A stretch of 64,000 nt of DNA from positions 66,814 to 130,813 of the forward strand of contig JACOZN010000010.1 in assembly GCA_016181305.1 (NCBI GenBank). Reading direction: 5' to 3'. This DNA is from Candidatus Woesearchaeota archaeon (GTDB lineage Archaea > Nanobdellota > Nanobdellia > Woesearchaeales > GW2011-AR4). The translations under genes and the position numbers were made by a program. This document shows, one piece after another, positions 17,393-25,845 of the stretch. Below the pieces are notes generated by a model. That model searched no databases, was not told the DNA's origin, and saw only the letters and a list, made by a program, of their open reading frames with translations. Position 1 is the stretch's first letter. Each line of letters begins with the position of its first letter.

Positions 17393-18187
17393 TTATTTTA
17401 CATACCCAAAGAACTTCCTCCTTACCAAGTCAAAGTCGTCAAACCTGTATAATGCAAAATCGAGCTTATCCAGCAGATTAAGCCTTTTGAGGTGGTGCAG
17501 TGCAAGCAGGTGGCTTGAGCATTGGCATTCCTTTAGATATGAATCAAGATTATCATAAAGCGCTGCAAACCTGTCCATGAAATCTGAGTTGGAGAAGAAA
17601 AACAAGTCAGACAGCCCTTCGTTGTTGTGTGGGTAGCCAATCGGCTTTTTTGCATATTTGGACATGTCTGCTTTCTTCGCGACATCCCAGTATTGGCTGT
17701 TTGGGACTTCCTTTCCGTCGGGGCTTACATACCTGTAAGCATGGGGAGCGTAAAATCTGCCCAGATCATAATTCTCAAATGTAACATCGCTGAAAAATGC
17801 CAAGTCAAACCTTGAGATGAAAACGCAGTCGTACCTGAAATTGTTTTCTTCCTCATATTGTCTTTTAAGCCCTATGGCTTTTTTAGTGCTGTACCACCTG
17901 CTGGAAGTGGCGTGCTTCATGTAGGGGCGCTTGTCAATTATTTTTTTCAGGAAATTCGGCTTGTCAAAGATTATCTGCTTCTCAAAAAGGCTCTTTTTCG
18001 GCTTGTATACCTTTTTAATTTCGTCCTCAAACTGCACGCTCCATGTATGCAGGAATACATCACAGTCATTTTTGTCAAGAATATGCTTTTTGTAGTGCTC
18101 GTAGCCTATCTTGAAGTCAACAGGCATTCCCTCGTATTTCTCACTTAACCCTCCTGCCAGTCCATGCAAACAGAATGCAACTTTCAT
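17393..18187 (-). CDS. Hypothetical soluble protein (no family recognised)
   Basis: A clean ORF. The track start at 18196 is GTG, and the first ATG is at 18187 (MKVAFCLHGLAGG...). It is tightly packed between the flippase and the cupin gene. Confidence 0.5.
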   Translation of the reverse strand: MKVAFCLHGLAGGLSEKYEGMPVDFKIGYEHYKKHILDKNDCDVFLHTWSVQFEDEIKKVYKPKKSLFEKQIIFDKPNFLKKIIDKRPYMKHATSSRWYSTKKAIGLKRQYEEENNFRYDCVFISRFDLAFFSDVTFENYDLGRFYAPHAYRYVSPDGKEVPNSQYWDVAKKADMSKYAKKPIGYPHNNEGLSDLFFFSNSDFMDRFAALYDNLDSYLKECQCSSHLLALHHLKRLNLLDKLDFALYRFDDFDLVRRKFFGYVK

Positions 18188-18227
18188 CACAACCACTTTG
18201 TAATTCCTGCCAGATTGATTGTTCTCT

Positions 18228-18632
18228 TTACTGCGAATGCTCTGAATCTATCCTGCCGTCAGGCCTTCCGGCATCGTCCTCTATCCTTATCACATCATCC
18301 ACTTCAGGAGTCGAGACTTCCTGCAGGATTACATCAGTCAATGCTATCACGCGGTGCTTTCTGGGCGGCTTGACTGTAAAAAAGCTGCCTTTTTCCATGA
18401 TTTTTTCCTCCACAATTCCTTTGTCGTTCTCGAGCCAGACTTCGGCCTTTCCGTCTATTATATAATTGGTTTCAAGCTTTTTTTTGTGGTACTGGAAGCT
18501 TGTCCTTGCGCCCTTGTTGATGCAGATCCGCTTATAGCAGTATTTTTCGTTTAATTCCAGCCAGATCTCCTTTCCCCACGGCTTCCTTACGATTTTTGGG
18601 AACCCGCCGCCATCAAGGTTTTTTTCTGCCAT
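18228..18632 (-). CDS. Cupin-domain protein, phosphomannose-isomerase type II C-terminal-like
   Basis: 'RKPWGKEIWL', 'RTSFQYHKKKLETNYIIDGKAEVW', 'KHRVIAL' and 'DDVIRIEDDAGRPDG' follow the pattern of the ManC-type PMI cupin. Confidence 0.65.
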   Translation of the reverse strand: MAEKNLDGGGFPKIVRKPWGKEIWLELNEKYCYKRICINKGARTSFQYHKKKLETNYIIDGKAEVWLENDKGIVEEKIMEKGSFFTVKPPRKHRVIALTDVILQEVSTPEVDDVIRIEDDAGRPDGRIDSEHSQ

Positions 18633-19629
18633 ATGCTGATTGGTAATGCCCGATTACTTCCATTATGCTGTTTATTATAGTTTCCTGGATTTCCACCCTT
18701 TTTTCGAGCAGCCCAATTATCTTTTTATAGCCATCAGAGGCAAAATGGTAGTGCCCTGCCATAAGCGCGCACAGGAACTTGTTTTCAGGATTGCTGCTGT
18801 GCATCCATTTCTTCCATTTTCCTCCCCTGTAAACTTCCTCGGCGAAATCATCAAACTTTATCCCGTATTCAAGGCATTTGCCCAGCACAACGCTTGTCTG
18901 CACCACCCCGAGCTGCGGCGCTATGTTCATAGCATCAACAATGCCAATCCTATCGGAAATCTCTTCCCTAGAAAGGTAGTCTGCATTATGCTCCTTTAAT
19001 TTGAGGCTGTTTTCCTTTAAGATTGGGCGGACTTTTTCTATGAATTTTTTGTTGAAATTGCCGACCTGGCTGATTTCCTTTACAAGGCTGCCTGTCTGCA
19101 CCACATAAAACTCAGGATTGCAGAAACCCTTGAAAAAGCTGATTTCTTCCCTCAGCTCCGGCACGTTCATAAACCCGAAATTCATTCCTGTGTTTTCATC
19201 AGTGCCGACTTCCAGAAGAATTTTGGGGTTTAATGACAGGCACCTCTCAATCGCTTTTTTTGACTCTTCAAACCTCTCGTCCTTGCTTCCCTTGAAATGG
19301 CAAAAATCTATATGAATCAGGTCGAAGCCGTTTTTGATATCGGTTTCAATGGTTTTGTAAGTGTCCTCCAAATCATAAATTCCATTAAAGCCGGGCCCGC
19401 AATGGTCCCTGCACACCTTGACGCTGCTGAAATGATATTTTTTCCCCATTTCATTCAGAAAGCCGGCATACTGGCTTGTTGTCCAATTGTTGACATATCC
19501 TCCAGAATGGTCTATCTGGTTTTTTGAAGCTATCAGCATCAGCTCTGTTCTTTGGTAATTTGAGTACCTGAACGCAGCTTCTATAATCTCAGAACTTAAC
19601 GGGCCGATTCCAAGGTTTGATTTGAGCAT
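18613..19629 (-). CDS. GatZ/KbaZ-family (class II aldolase-like TIM barrel; tagatose-phosphate aldolase subunit / hexose-phosphate epimerase family) protein, short form
   Basis: By-eye alignment to GatZ: 'LIASKNQIDHSGGYVNNWT' vs LIEATSNQVNQFGGYTGMT, 'CRDHCGP' vs GGDHLGP, 'LIHIDFCH' vs KIHLDASM, 'LEVGTDEN', and 'KEHNADYL' vs EAHSTDYQ. Confidence 0.6.
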   Translation of the reverse strand: MLKSNLGIGPLSSEIIEAAFRYSNYQRTELMLIASKNQIDHSGGYVNNWTTSQYAGFLNEMGKKYHFSSVKVCRDHCGPGFNGIYDLEDTYKTIETDIKNGFDLIHIDFCHFKGSKDERFEESKKAIERCLSLNPKILLEVGTDENTGMNFGFMNVPELREEISFFKGFCNPEFYVVQTGSLVKEISQVGNFNKKFIEKVRPILKENSLKLKEHNADYLSREEISDRIGIVDAMNIAPQLGVVQTSVVLGKCLEYGIKFDDFAEEVYRGGKWKKWMHSSNPENKFLCALMAGHYHFASDGYKKIIGLLEKRVEIQETIINSIMEVIGHYQSAYGRKKP

Positions 19630-19655
19630 AAGCTAATGCCTCATGGCTTTCTTTT

Positions 19656-21245
19656 TTAGCCAGATTCCTTCAGGGATTTATAAAGCATGCTCTTTCCAAG
19701 GTAGTACAGCATCAGGTCAAATGGGTCGTTGTGCAGCGGCGCCATGTTCAGGAATATGAGGGAGGTGAGTATTTTTACCTTGCTGATATCAAAATTGTTT
19801 CTTTTCAGGAACCTTTCATATTCTTCCTTTGCCTCGAGCAAATCGCTTTTTATGTAGTAATTGTAATAGACGCTTGAGCCGCTTGTGTCAAAAGAGAACA
19901 TGCCCTCTTTAATTAGCTGGTAAGAGATAATAACGCCGCCGTAAAGCTTTGCAAGGTCATAGTACAGGTCGCCTGCCTTCATAAACCCACCAAAGTCCTG
20001 GCGCCAGTCCAGCAGGATAAATTTTTGAAGGTGGCTTTTCTCGTCTCGGGCAGCCAGAATATTGTCAAACTGCAGGTCTCCGTGGAACATTACAGGGATT
20101 CCGTCGCATACGCTGTCCCAGTTTATTTTCTCCAGAAGCTCCTTAAGCATCGGGACTGATACGCCGTTGATGTTGTTTGAATGGTCAATCACCCCTGTTT
20201 TGCCGTAAAAGCGCTCCAGCCTGTTCATGGTCTTGTCGTAGTAAAATTTGCGGCATGCTTTCCTGAATTCTTCAAGCTCCTCTTTCTGCAGCTCCGGATT
20301 CTTCCAGAGGTTTGTTTTTGCCCAATAAAGGAAGTCGGTGACTATCTGGGTGTTAAGGACGCTGTAGAGCACGTTGCCGTCTATTTTTCTGTACGCAAAG
20401 AAGCTGCCTTTTTGCGACTCTATCCCGGGCACAAGCCCTTTCAGGTAGCGGGCGCGCTCGCACCTTTTTCTTGTAACTTCAGGATCTGCAAAATATTTTA
20501 TAACCTTGCCGTTGATAAAGTAAATGAACCCGTCTGCCTTGCTGAAGTCAAATTTCTGCTCCCCTCCTGAAAAGTTCTTGTTGGTCTCCGCATAATTTTC
20601 AAAAGTCCCTGTGTCAAACCATGTGAATCCTATCGGGACAAGCTTTTTTTCTATGAGCTTCTTGAAGCCGTTTGAAACCTGGATTTCCCCGCTTACCGGC
20701 TCCTTGTTTTTTTCCAAGGCCTCAAAAAAAGCCCCGTAATCATAAACACCTGCAAGGCCTATGAACGCGTACTTGTTGTCTGTTTTAATCTTGTCGTCCA
20801 GCTGGTAAATAAGCTCGTTCCTGATTTTCACAGTGCAGTATTTCTCTGTTTCCTTTACAGGCGCTATGCCAAACCAGTTTTTGTCTGGAACAGGCACATC
20901 TTCAAGCACTATTGTGTCGGCAGCAAAGAATATGAAAGGGCACTGGAGCAAGTCCCTGCACTGCAGCAAAGAATACCCAGGACCGGTCCCGGGACCCATG
21001 TACCTGTCCACTGCAACAAAGCTGAATTTTCTCTCAGGATAAGCTATTGACAGGTAGTCTATTACAGTCTCCTTCTTATGCCCGACAGCTACGACTATCT
21101 CTATATCTTTTGGAAATTTCTCGACAATGTAAGAAATCACGCCCTTGAAATTCACAGGGAGTATTGCCTTGTTGACATGGTTGTAGATATCGCCCATTCT
21201 GCTTCCTATGCCTGCCGCCAAAATGCATACTTTGTAGTTCATCAT
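19656..21245 (-). CDS. Bifunctional sugar-phosphate nucleotidyltransferase (N-terminal) / APH-fold sugar or small-molecule kinase (C-terminal)
   Basis: N-terminal 'CILAAGIGSRMG...NKAILPV' is the NTP-transferase G-rich loop. C-terminal 'MFHGDLQFDNIL' and 'ILLDWRQDFGG' are the catalytic and DFG-like loops of aminoglycoside/choline-kinase-fold kinases. Confidence 0.7.
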   Translation of the reverse strand: MMNYKVCILAAGIGSRMGDIYNHVNKAILPVNFKGVISYIVEKFPKDIEIVVAVGHKKETVIDYLSIAYPERKFSFVAVDRYMGPGTGPGYSLLQCRDLLQCPFIFFAADTIVLEDVPVPDKNWFGIAPVKETEKYCTVKIRNELIYQLDDKIKTDNKYAFIGLAGVYDYGAFFEALEKNKEPVSGEIQVSNGFKKLIEKKLVPIGFTWFDTGTFENYAETNKNFSGGEQKFDFSKADGFIYFINGKVIKYFADPEVTRKRCERARYLKGLVPGIESQKGSFFAYRKIDGNVLYSVLNTQIVTDFLYWAKTNLWKNPELQKEELEEFRKACRKFYYDKTMNRLERFYGKTGVIDHSNNINGVSVPMLKELLEKINWDSVCDGIPVMFHGDLQFDNILAARDEKSHLQKFILLDWRQDFGGFMKAGDLYYDLAKLYGGVIISYQLIKEGMFSFDTSGSSVYYNYYIKSDLLEAKEEYERFLKRNNFDISKVKILTSLIFLNMAPLHNDPFDLMLYYLGKSMLYKSLKESG

Positions 21246-21442
21246 TTTTGCTCAAAATTTGTTATGCCAAACCAATGCATAAAATGTAAAGTTAGTCTTT
21301 TTGATTTGTCAAAAACCATTCATTATCAGGTAGTATGCTTGCTTTTATAAAACATTTGCATGATTTTGGACACTCAAAATTACGCTAATTTTACCTTTGG
21401 TTTTCACACAAAATTCCATGATATGTATTCGTTACAATTCTT

Positions 21443-22276
21443 CTATTTCAGACGAGTGGAATTTTGTTGTTTAAAGCTGTCTAATGCCTGCCTGATGAAA
21501 CTTTCCGGCAGCTCTTTTCCTGCGTATATCCTGAACTGCTCAGCAGCCTGGTAAACTGCCATTTTGCAGCCGGGTATTATTATTTTTTTTTGCCTTAAAG
21601 CCTCGTGAATAAGCTGTGTTTCGGGTATTACAACGTCCATTACTGCATAAAAATTTGAAACCGTCTTTTTTGAAACAGCGGTCTCGCTTTTGCTGTCCAT
21701 TCCAATGCTTGTTGCATTAACCAGCAAATATCCTTGTTCTTTTGCAATGTCTTTCCAGCCTATTAAAGATGCTTTCAATGCTTTTGCAAGCATCTCGCCA
21801 TTGTTTTTTGTCCTGTTGGCGATTGCCAGTTTCCCGCCAAGCTCCTTAACAGCGTGGCCTATTGCCCTTGCCGCCCCTCCTGCGCCGAGCATGAGCACCT
21901 TTTTGTTTTTGACTGAAAGCGTCTTTTGCAGCGCCGTTTTTGCGCCGTAAAAATCAGTGTTGTAGCCCTTTAATTTTCCATTCTGGTTCAATATTGTGTT
22001 CACTGCGCCTGTCTTTTTTGCTGAATCGTCAAGAGCATCAACCATGCCTGCAGCACGAGCCTTGTGGGGCATTGAAACGCTGCAGCCATGAAAATTGCGC
22101 CTGACTAATCCAATCACAGGCTCAAGCTCCCCATAGCTGACTTTTAGCGGGAAATATATGTAGTTAAGCCCGAGCAGCGCATAGCCTTTATTGTGGAATT
22201 CAACTCCAAAAGTGCCTGGCTTTTCGGCGATTGAAATGCACTTTTTTGTGTTTTTGTCGAATCTGGCGGATGTCAT
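21443..22276 (-). CDS. aroE: Shikimate/quinate dehydrogenase (AroE) family oxidoreductase, atypical N-terminal substrate motif
   Basis: 'GCSVSMPHK', 'GAVNTI', 'GYNTDFYG' and 'GAGGAARAI' match AroE family blocks. The usual HSxSP block is replaced by 'PGTFGVEFHN'. Confidence 0.65.
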   Translation of the reverse strand: MTSARFDKNTKKCISIAEKPGTFGVEFHNKGYALLGLNYIYFPLKVSYGELEPVIGLVRRNFHGCSVSMPHKARAAGMVDALDDSAKKTGAVNTILNQNGKLKGYNTDFYGAKTALQKTLSVKNKKVLMLGAGGAARAIGHAVKELGGKLAIANRTKNNGEMLAKALKASLIGWKDIAKEQGYLLVNATSIGMDSKSETAVSKKTVSNFYAVMDVVIPETQLIHEALRQKKIIIPGCKMAVYQAAEQFRIYAGKELPESFIRQALDSFKQQNSTRLK

Positions 22277-22361
22277 TTTGTCGGATGAATGCCTTTAAAT
22301 ACAATTCTCAGCGAATATATGGTTAATTATATTTTACCCCATCCACGATAAACTCCATCAA

Positions 22362-22376
22362 TATTTAAAGATTACT
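22362..22376 (-). promoter_or_regulatory. Second copy of the BRE/TATA 15-mer AGTAATCTTTAAATA
   Basis: Identical to 2744-2758. It lies 86 nt upstream of the aroE-like ATG (22276). A second TATA-like TATTTAAA (22295-22302) sits closer to the ATG. Confidence 0.4.
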
Positions 22377-22414
22377 CTCTCTTAGTGCTGCAAACTTTGG
22401 AGAGACAATAGAAA

Positions 22415-23536
22415 TTATTGCATACCCTGAAGCTGCTCCCACAACTGACTTTCTATCGCGGGCTCTTTCCCAGCGAGATTTTTGGCTTCGGACTTGTCTT
22501 TCTCAAGATTGTAAAGCTCTTTCTTTTTACTTGTCTCGTTGTATATTAGCTTCCAATTGTTTGTGCGCACAGCCTTAACGTTATGCTTTTCCGGAGAAGG
22601 TGTTGGTCCGCCCAAGCCGCCTGTTTCTGAGTATGCAATCCTGTCCTCTTCTTTTCCGTGAATAATATCCAAAAATGATTTTCCCTGAACCGGCTTGTAG
22701 CCGTTTTTTTCTATTATATCAAGAATTTCAAGTATGGTTGGCATTAAGTCAATGCTCCTTATCTGGGAGTTTATTATTTTGCCTTTTGGGAACTGCTTCC
22801 CTATTGCATAAAGAAAGCATCTTATTGTGTAATCATAAAGATACACTCCATATGCCTTTTCGCCAATCCTGTCTCCCACACTCACTCCATGGTCCGTGAA
22901 AATAAAAATTATTGAATCGTCCCATAAGCCAAGCTCTTTTATTCTGCCTAGAATTATCTTGAGGTAGTCGGCGCTTGACCGCAATGAGTTTAGATAATTC
23001 TTAAGATTTGCTTCCTTGTTCTTAAAGTATTCCTCATCAAAATCAGTGTATTTCTTGATTACATTTTTGAGAAGCTCGGGGTGAATCTTGACATAATCCA
23101 GGTAGAGAAAAAAAGGCTGCTTTGGCTTTATCTGGTTGAGGACTTCCAAGTGCCTTGCGGTTAAGTCATCTTTGAACTCATCGTAAACTCTTACCTTGTC
23201 AAAGCCCTGGGTTGGAAGCACATTTTCATTGTGAATGTCTGTTTCTGTGCAGTAGCCATTGCCTTTGAGGTACTGCGCCAGCGTGAAGCACCCCTTCTTG
23301 TCAAAGCCGAAGCTTTTGTAGTAGCCGTTGACGCCGTTTGAATTGCCGTACATGCCCGAGAATGTGGCGTGCAAAGAAGCGATAGTATAAGGAGCGTAAG
23401 TAATCATTGACGGGAAGAACGTTGATTCTTTTTTCAGCTCCTCGTAGATTGGAACTTTGCCTATCAGGTCATGCCTGGCGCCATCTACCAGAATCATAAT
23501 TACGTTCGGTTTTTTCTTTTTGAAGAGGCTCAGCAT
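22415..23536 (-). CDS. Alkaline-phosphatase superfamily (sulfatase-fold) protein, cytoplasmic-looking, Thr at nucleophile position
   Basis: 'VIMILVDGARHD', 'APYTIASLHATFSGMYG' and 'IIFIFTDHGVSVGD'. No N-terminal hydrophobic segment and no CxPxR motif. Confidence 0.65.
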   Translation of the reverse strand: MLSLFKKKKPNVIMILVDGARHDLIGKVPIYEELKKESTFFPSMITYAPYTIASLHATFSGMYGNSNGVNGYYKSFGFDKKGCFTLAQYLKGNGYCTETDIHNENVLPTQGFDKVRVYDEFKDDLTARHLEVLNQIKPKQPFFLYLDYVKIHPELLKNVIKKYTDFDEEYFKNKEANLKNYLNSLRSSADYLKIILGRIKELGLWDDSIIFIFTDHGVSVGDRIGEKAYGVYLYDYTIRCFLYAIGKQFPKGKIINSQIRSIDLMPTILEILDIIEKNGYKPVQGKSFLDIIHGKEEDRIAYSETGGLGGPTPSPEKHNVKAVRTNNWKLIYNETSKKKELYNLEKDKSEAKNLAGKEPAIESQLWEQLQGMQ

Positions 23537-23549
23537 TTTAATTGAGGCT

Positions 23550-24926
23550 TTATTCCATATAGCCCAGCTCTCTCAGCAGCTTTTTTGATTTATCATCCAT
23601 GCTTGACAAGTCAGCATCACCTTCATTGCTTTGCTGCTTTAAAAAATCCAGCATCTTTTGTTTCATTTCAGATGCAACTTCTTTTTCTTTATTTATCAGA
23701 TTATTTGTCTCATTGGGGTCGTCCTTTAGGTTGTAAAGCTCAAAAATATCGTTTTGTGGGTGCGGAATGTAGATGAGTTTCCAGTCTCCTATTATCATCG
23801 TACGCCATTTTCCCCTTATTCCCGGGAAGAATATTCTCTTATGCCCCTTGAAATGCTCTTCAAGGCTCTCGGCAAAGACAAACTCCCTGCCTTTTAGGGT
23901 TTCTCCCTTAATTAAAGGCAGCAGGCTCATGCCGTCCACCCTGTCAATCAAAGGCACGTTGAGCATGTCCATTATCGTGGGCATTATGTCGATGTTCTGC
24001 ACTCTTTGCTTTATAATCTTGCCCTTTGGAACCAGTTTTGGATGCCTGAATATTAAAGGTATCCTCAAGCTCGGCTCATAGAGGCTTGCAGCATGCTGGA
24101 AGTAAAAATCATGCTCGCCGAAATTCTCGCCATGGTCCGATGTAAGAATGACTAAAGTTTCATCTTCAAGCCCAGTCTCCTTTAACGTGTCCAGGATTCT
24201 GCCAATCTGGGTGTCAACATATTTTATAGCTCCGTCATAATGCGCTATTGCATGCTCCATCTCCTCTTTTGGAAACTTGACATGCCCGAACAAGATGTCG
24301 CCTCTTGCCAGTTTCCCATCGGCTAATGTGTTGAAGTCGTGGCTGCCTTTATAGCCGGAATCAAACATATGTTCATAGGGCTTTGGAGGCCAGTAAGGCC
24401 AGTGCAGGTCTATGGGATGGTGGCATAAAAAGAATTTTTCATTGGAGTGCTTTTTTATCCACCTTATCGCTATTTGAGTATGCTGCTCAGTCAGGCCAAG
24501 AAAATTCTTGGGATTTAATATTTTATAAATGCCCCTTTTGATTTTGTTTTCAATTTTCCACGTGAGCGGATTGAACTCCTGAAACCCTTTTTTCATGGCT
24601 GGCTCGCTCAGAACGTCTACATCAAGGTATGCATTCCTGAAGCCGTGGCTTTGAAGTATTTCAGGCAATGTTGTTACAGACTCATTGAACTTGTTGTTGG
24701 AGACAAGCCTTATGCCATGGTTATGCGGATAGACTCCTGTGAATGCGGACAATATGGATGAATTTGTCCATGGAAAAGGGCAATACGCGTTCGAGAAGCT
24801 CGTGCCTTCTTTTGCCAGCCTGTCTATGTTCGGGCTTGTAGCCCTTGCATAGCCGTTTGCGCTTAAATGGTCAGGGCGCAGTGCATCCACTATAAACATG
24901 ATTATGTTCATTTTGCCTAAGGGCAT
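23550..24926 (-). CDS. Sulfatase-fold (alkaline-phosphatase superfamily) protein, non-canonical active-site motif
   Basis: 'IIMFIVDALRPDHLSANGY', 'PWTNSSILSAFTGVYP' and 'LTSDHGENFGEHDFYFQH'. The track start at 24932 is GTG, and the first ATG is 24926. Confidence 0.7.
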   Translation of the reverse strand: MPLGKMNIIMFIVDALRPDHLSANGYARATSPNIDRLAKEGTSFSNAYCPFPWTNSSILSAFTGVYPHNHGIRLVSNNKFNESVTTLPEILQSHGFRNAYLDVDVLSEPAMKKGFQEFNPLTWKIENKIKRGIYKILNPKNFLGLTEQHTQIAIRWIKKHSNEKFFLCHHPIDLHWPYWPPKPYEHMFDSGYKGSHDFNTLADGKLARGDILFGHVKFPKEEMEHAIAHYDGAIKYVDTQIGRILDTLKETGLEDETLVILTSDHGENFGEHDFYFQHAASLYEPSLRIPLIFRHPKLVPKGKIIKQRVQNIDIMPTIMDMLNVPLIDRVDGMSLLPLIKGETLKGREFVFAESLEEHFKGHKRIFFPGIRGKWRTMIIGDWKLIYIPHPQNDIFELYNLKDDPNETNNLINKEKEVASEMKQKMLDFLKQQSNEGDADLSSMDDKSKKLLRELGYME

Positions 24927-24962
24927 ATTCACTAGTTTAAAAATCTATATTAAGCATGCAAA

Positions 24963-25826
24963 TCAGCCGGTTCTGCGATTCTTTAATGCCGCCAATACTT
25001 TATAGGGAACTTTAAGTTTTCCGAGAACCTGCCCTTCCCTTCCGTGAAAGTCAGAGCCGCCTGTCTCGAGAAGCCTGTATTTTCCGGCTATATTCCGGAA
25101 CTTTTTGTTGATTTTGCTGCTTTGCGCAAAGCCTGTGTGGTATCTTGAGCTTTCATAATTGTAGTATGTCTCCAGCCCGTCTCCGCCGTTTTTTATAAAG
25201 TATTTTATGAATTCTTCAATGCTGAAATTGCTGTACACGCCGGGATGAGATATTAAAGCAAAGCCTTTTGCAGAGTGTATTGCATTTATCGCCTGCTTTA
25301 TGCCTATCTTGTTTTTTCTCTCAGCATAAGCCTTTTTGCCCACTGCAAGGTACTTATCAAAAATCTTATCTATAGAGTTTACTTTATCGGGGTTGTTCTT
25401 TAGGATTGCTTTGGCAATATGCGGCCTTCCTATCTCGCCTTTTGCGAGTTTCTTGACTTCTTGGTACGTGATTTTGAAGCCCAGTTTTTGGAATTTTTTA
25501 ATTATGTCTTTTTTTTGGCTTTCCCTGTATTGCTGGGCTTTTCTCAACAGGGAATTTAAGGATTTGTTTTTATGGTTGATAAACAATCCGAGAATATGTG
25601 TATCCACAAATCCTTTGTCATCGCAGCTTATCTCAACACCCGGAATAACCTCTATGCCTTTTCCCTTGGCGGCGCTTAAAGCCTCGTCTATGCCGCCTAC
25701 AGAGTCATGGTCTGTTATTGCTATTGCTTTCAGCTTTTTCCTCAAAGCCAGCCTGACAAGCCCTTTCGGGGTTAATGCCCCGTCAGAAGCTGTTGTGTGG
25801 CACTGGAGGTCTATGTTTTTTGGCAT
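24963..25826 (-). CDS. PHP-domain metal-dependent phosphoesterase
   Basis: 'IDLQCHTTASDGALTP', 'AIAITDHDSVGG', 'ISHPG' and 'GGSDFHG'. The track start at 25862 is TTG and overlaps proS. ATG 25826 leaves a 19-nt gap. Confidence 0.75.
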   Translation of the reverse strand: MPKNIDLQCHTTASDGALTPKGLVRLALRKKLKAIAITDHDSVGGIDEALSAAKGKGIEVIPGVEISCDDKGFVDTHILGLFINHKNKSLNSLLRKAQQYRESQKKDIIKKFQKLGFKITYQEVKKLAKGEIGRPHIAKAILKNNPDKVNSIDKIFDKYLAVGKKAYAERKNKIGIKQAINAIHSAKGFALISHPGVYSNFSIEEFIKYFIKNGGDGLETYYNYESSRYHTGFAQSSKINKKFRNIAGKYRLLETGGSDFHGREGQVLGKLKVPYKVLAALKNRRTG

Positions 25827-25845
25827 TTTTATTTTTGATATTATT

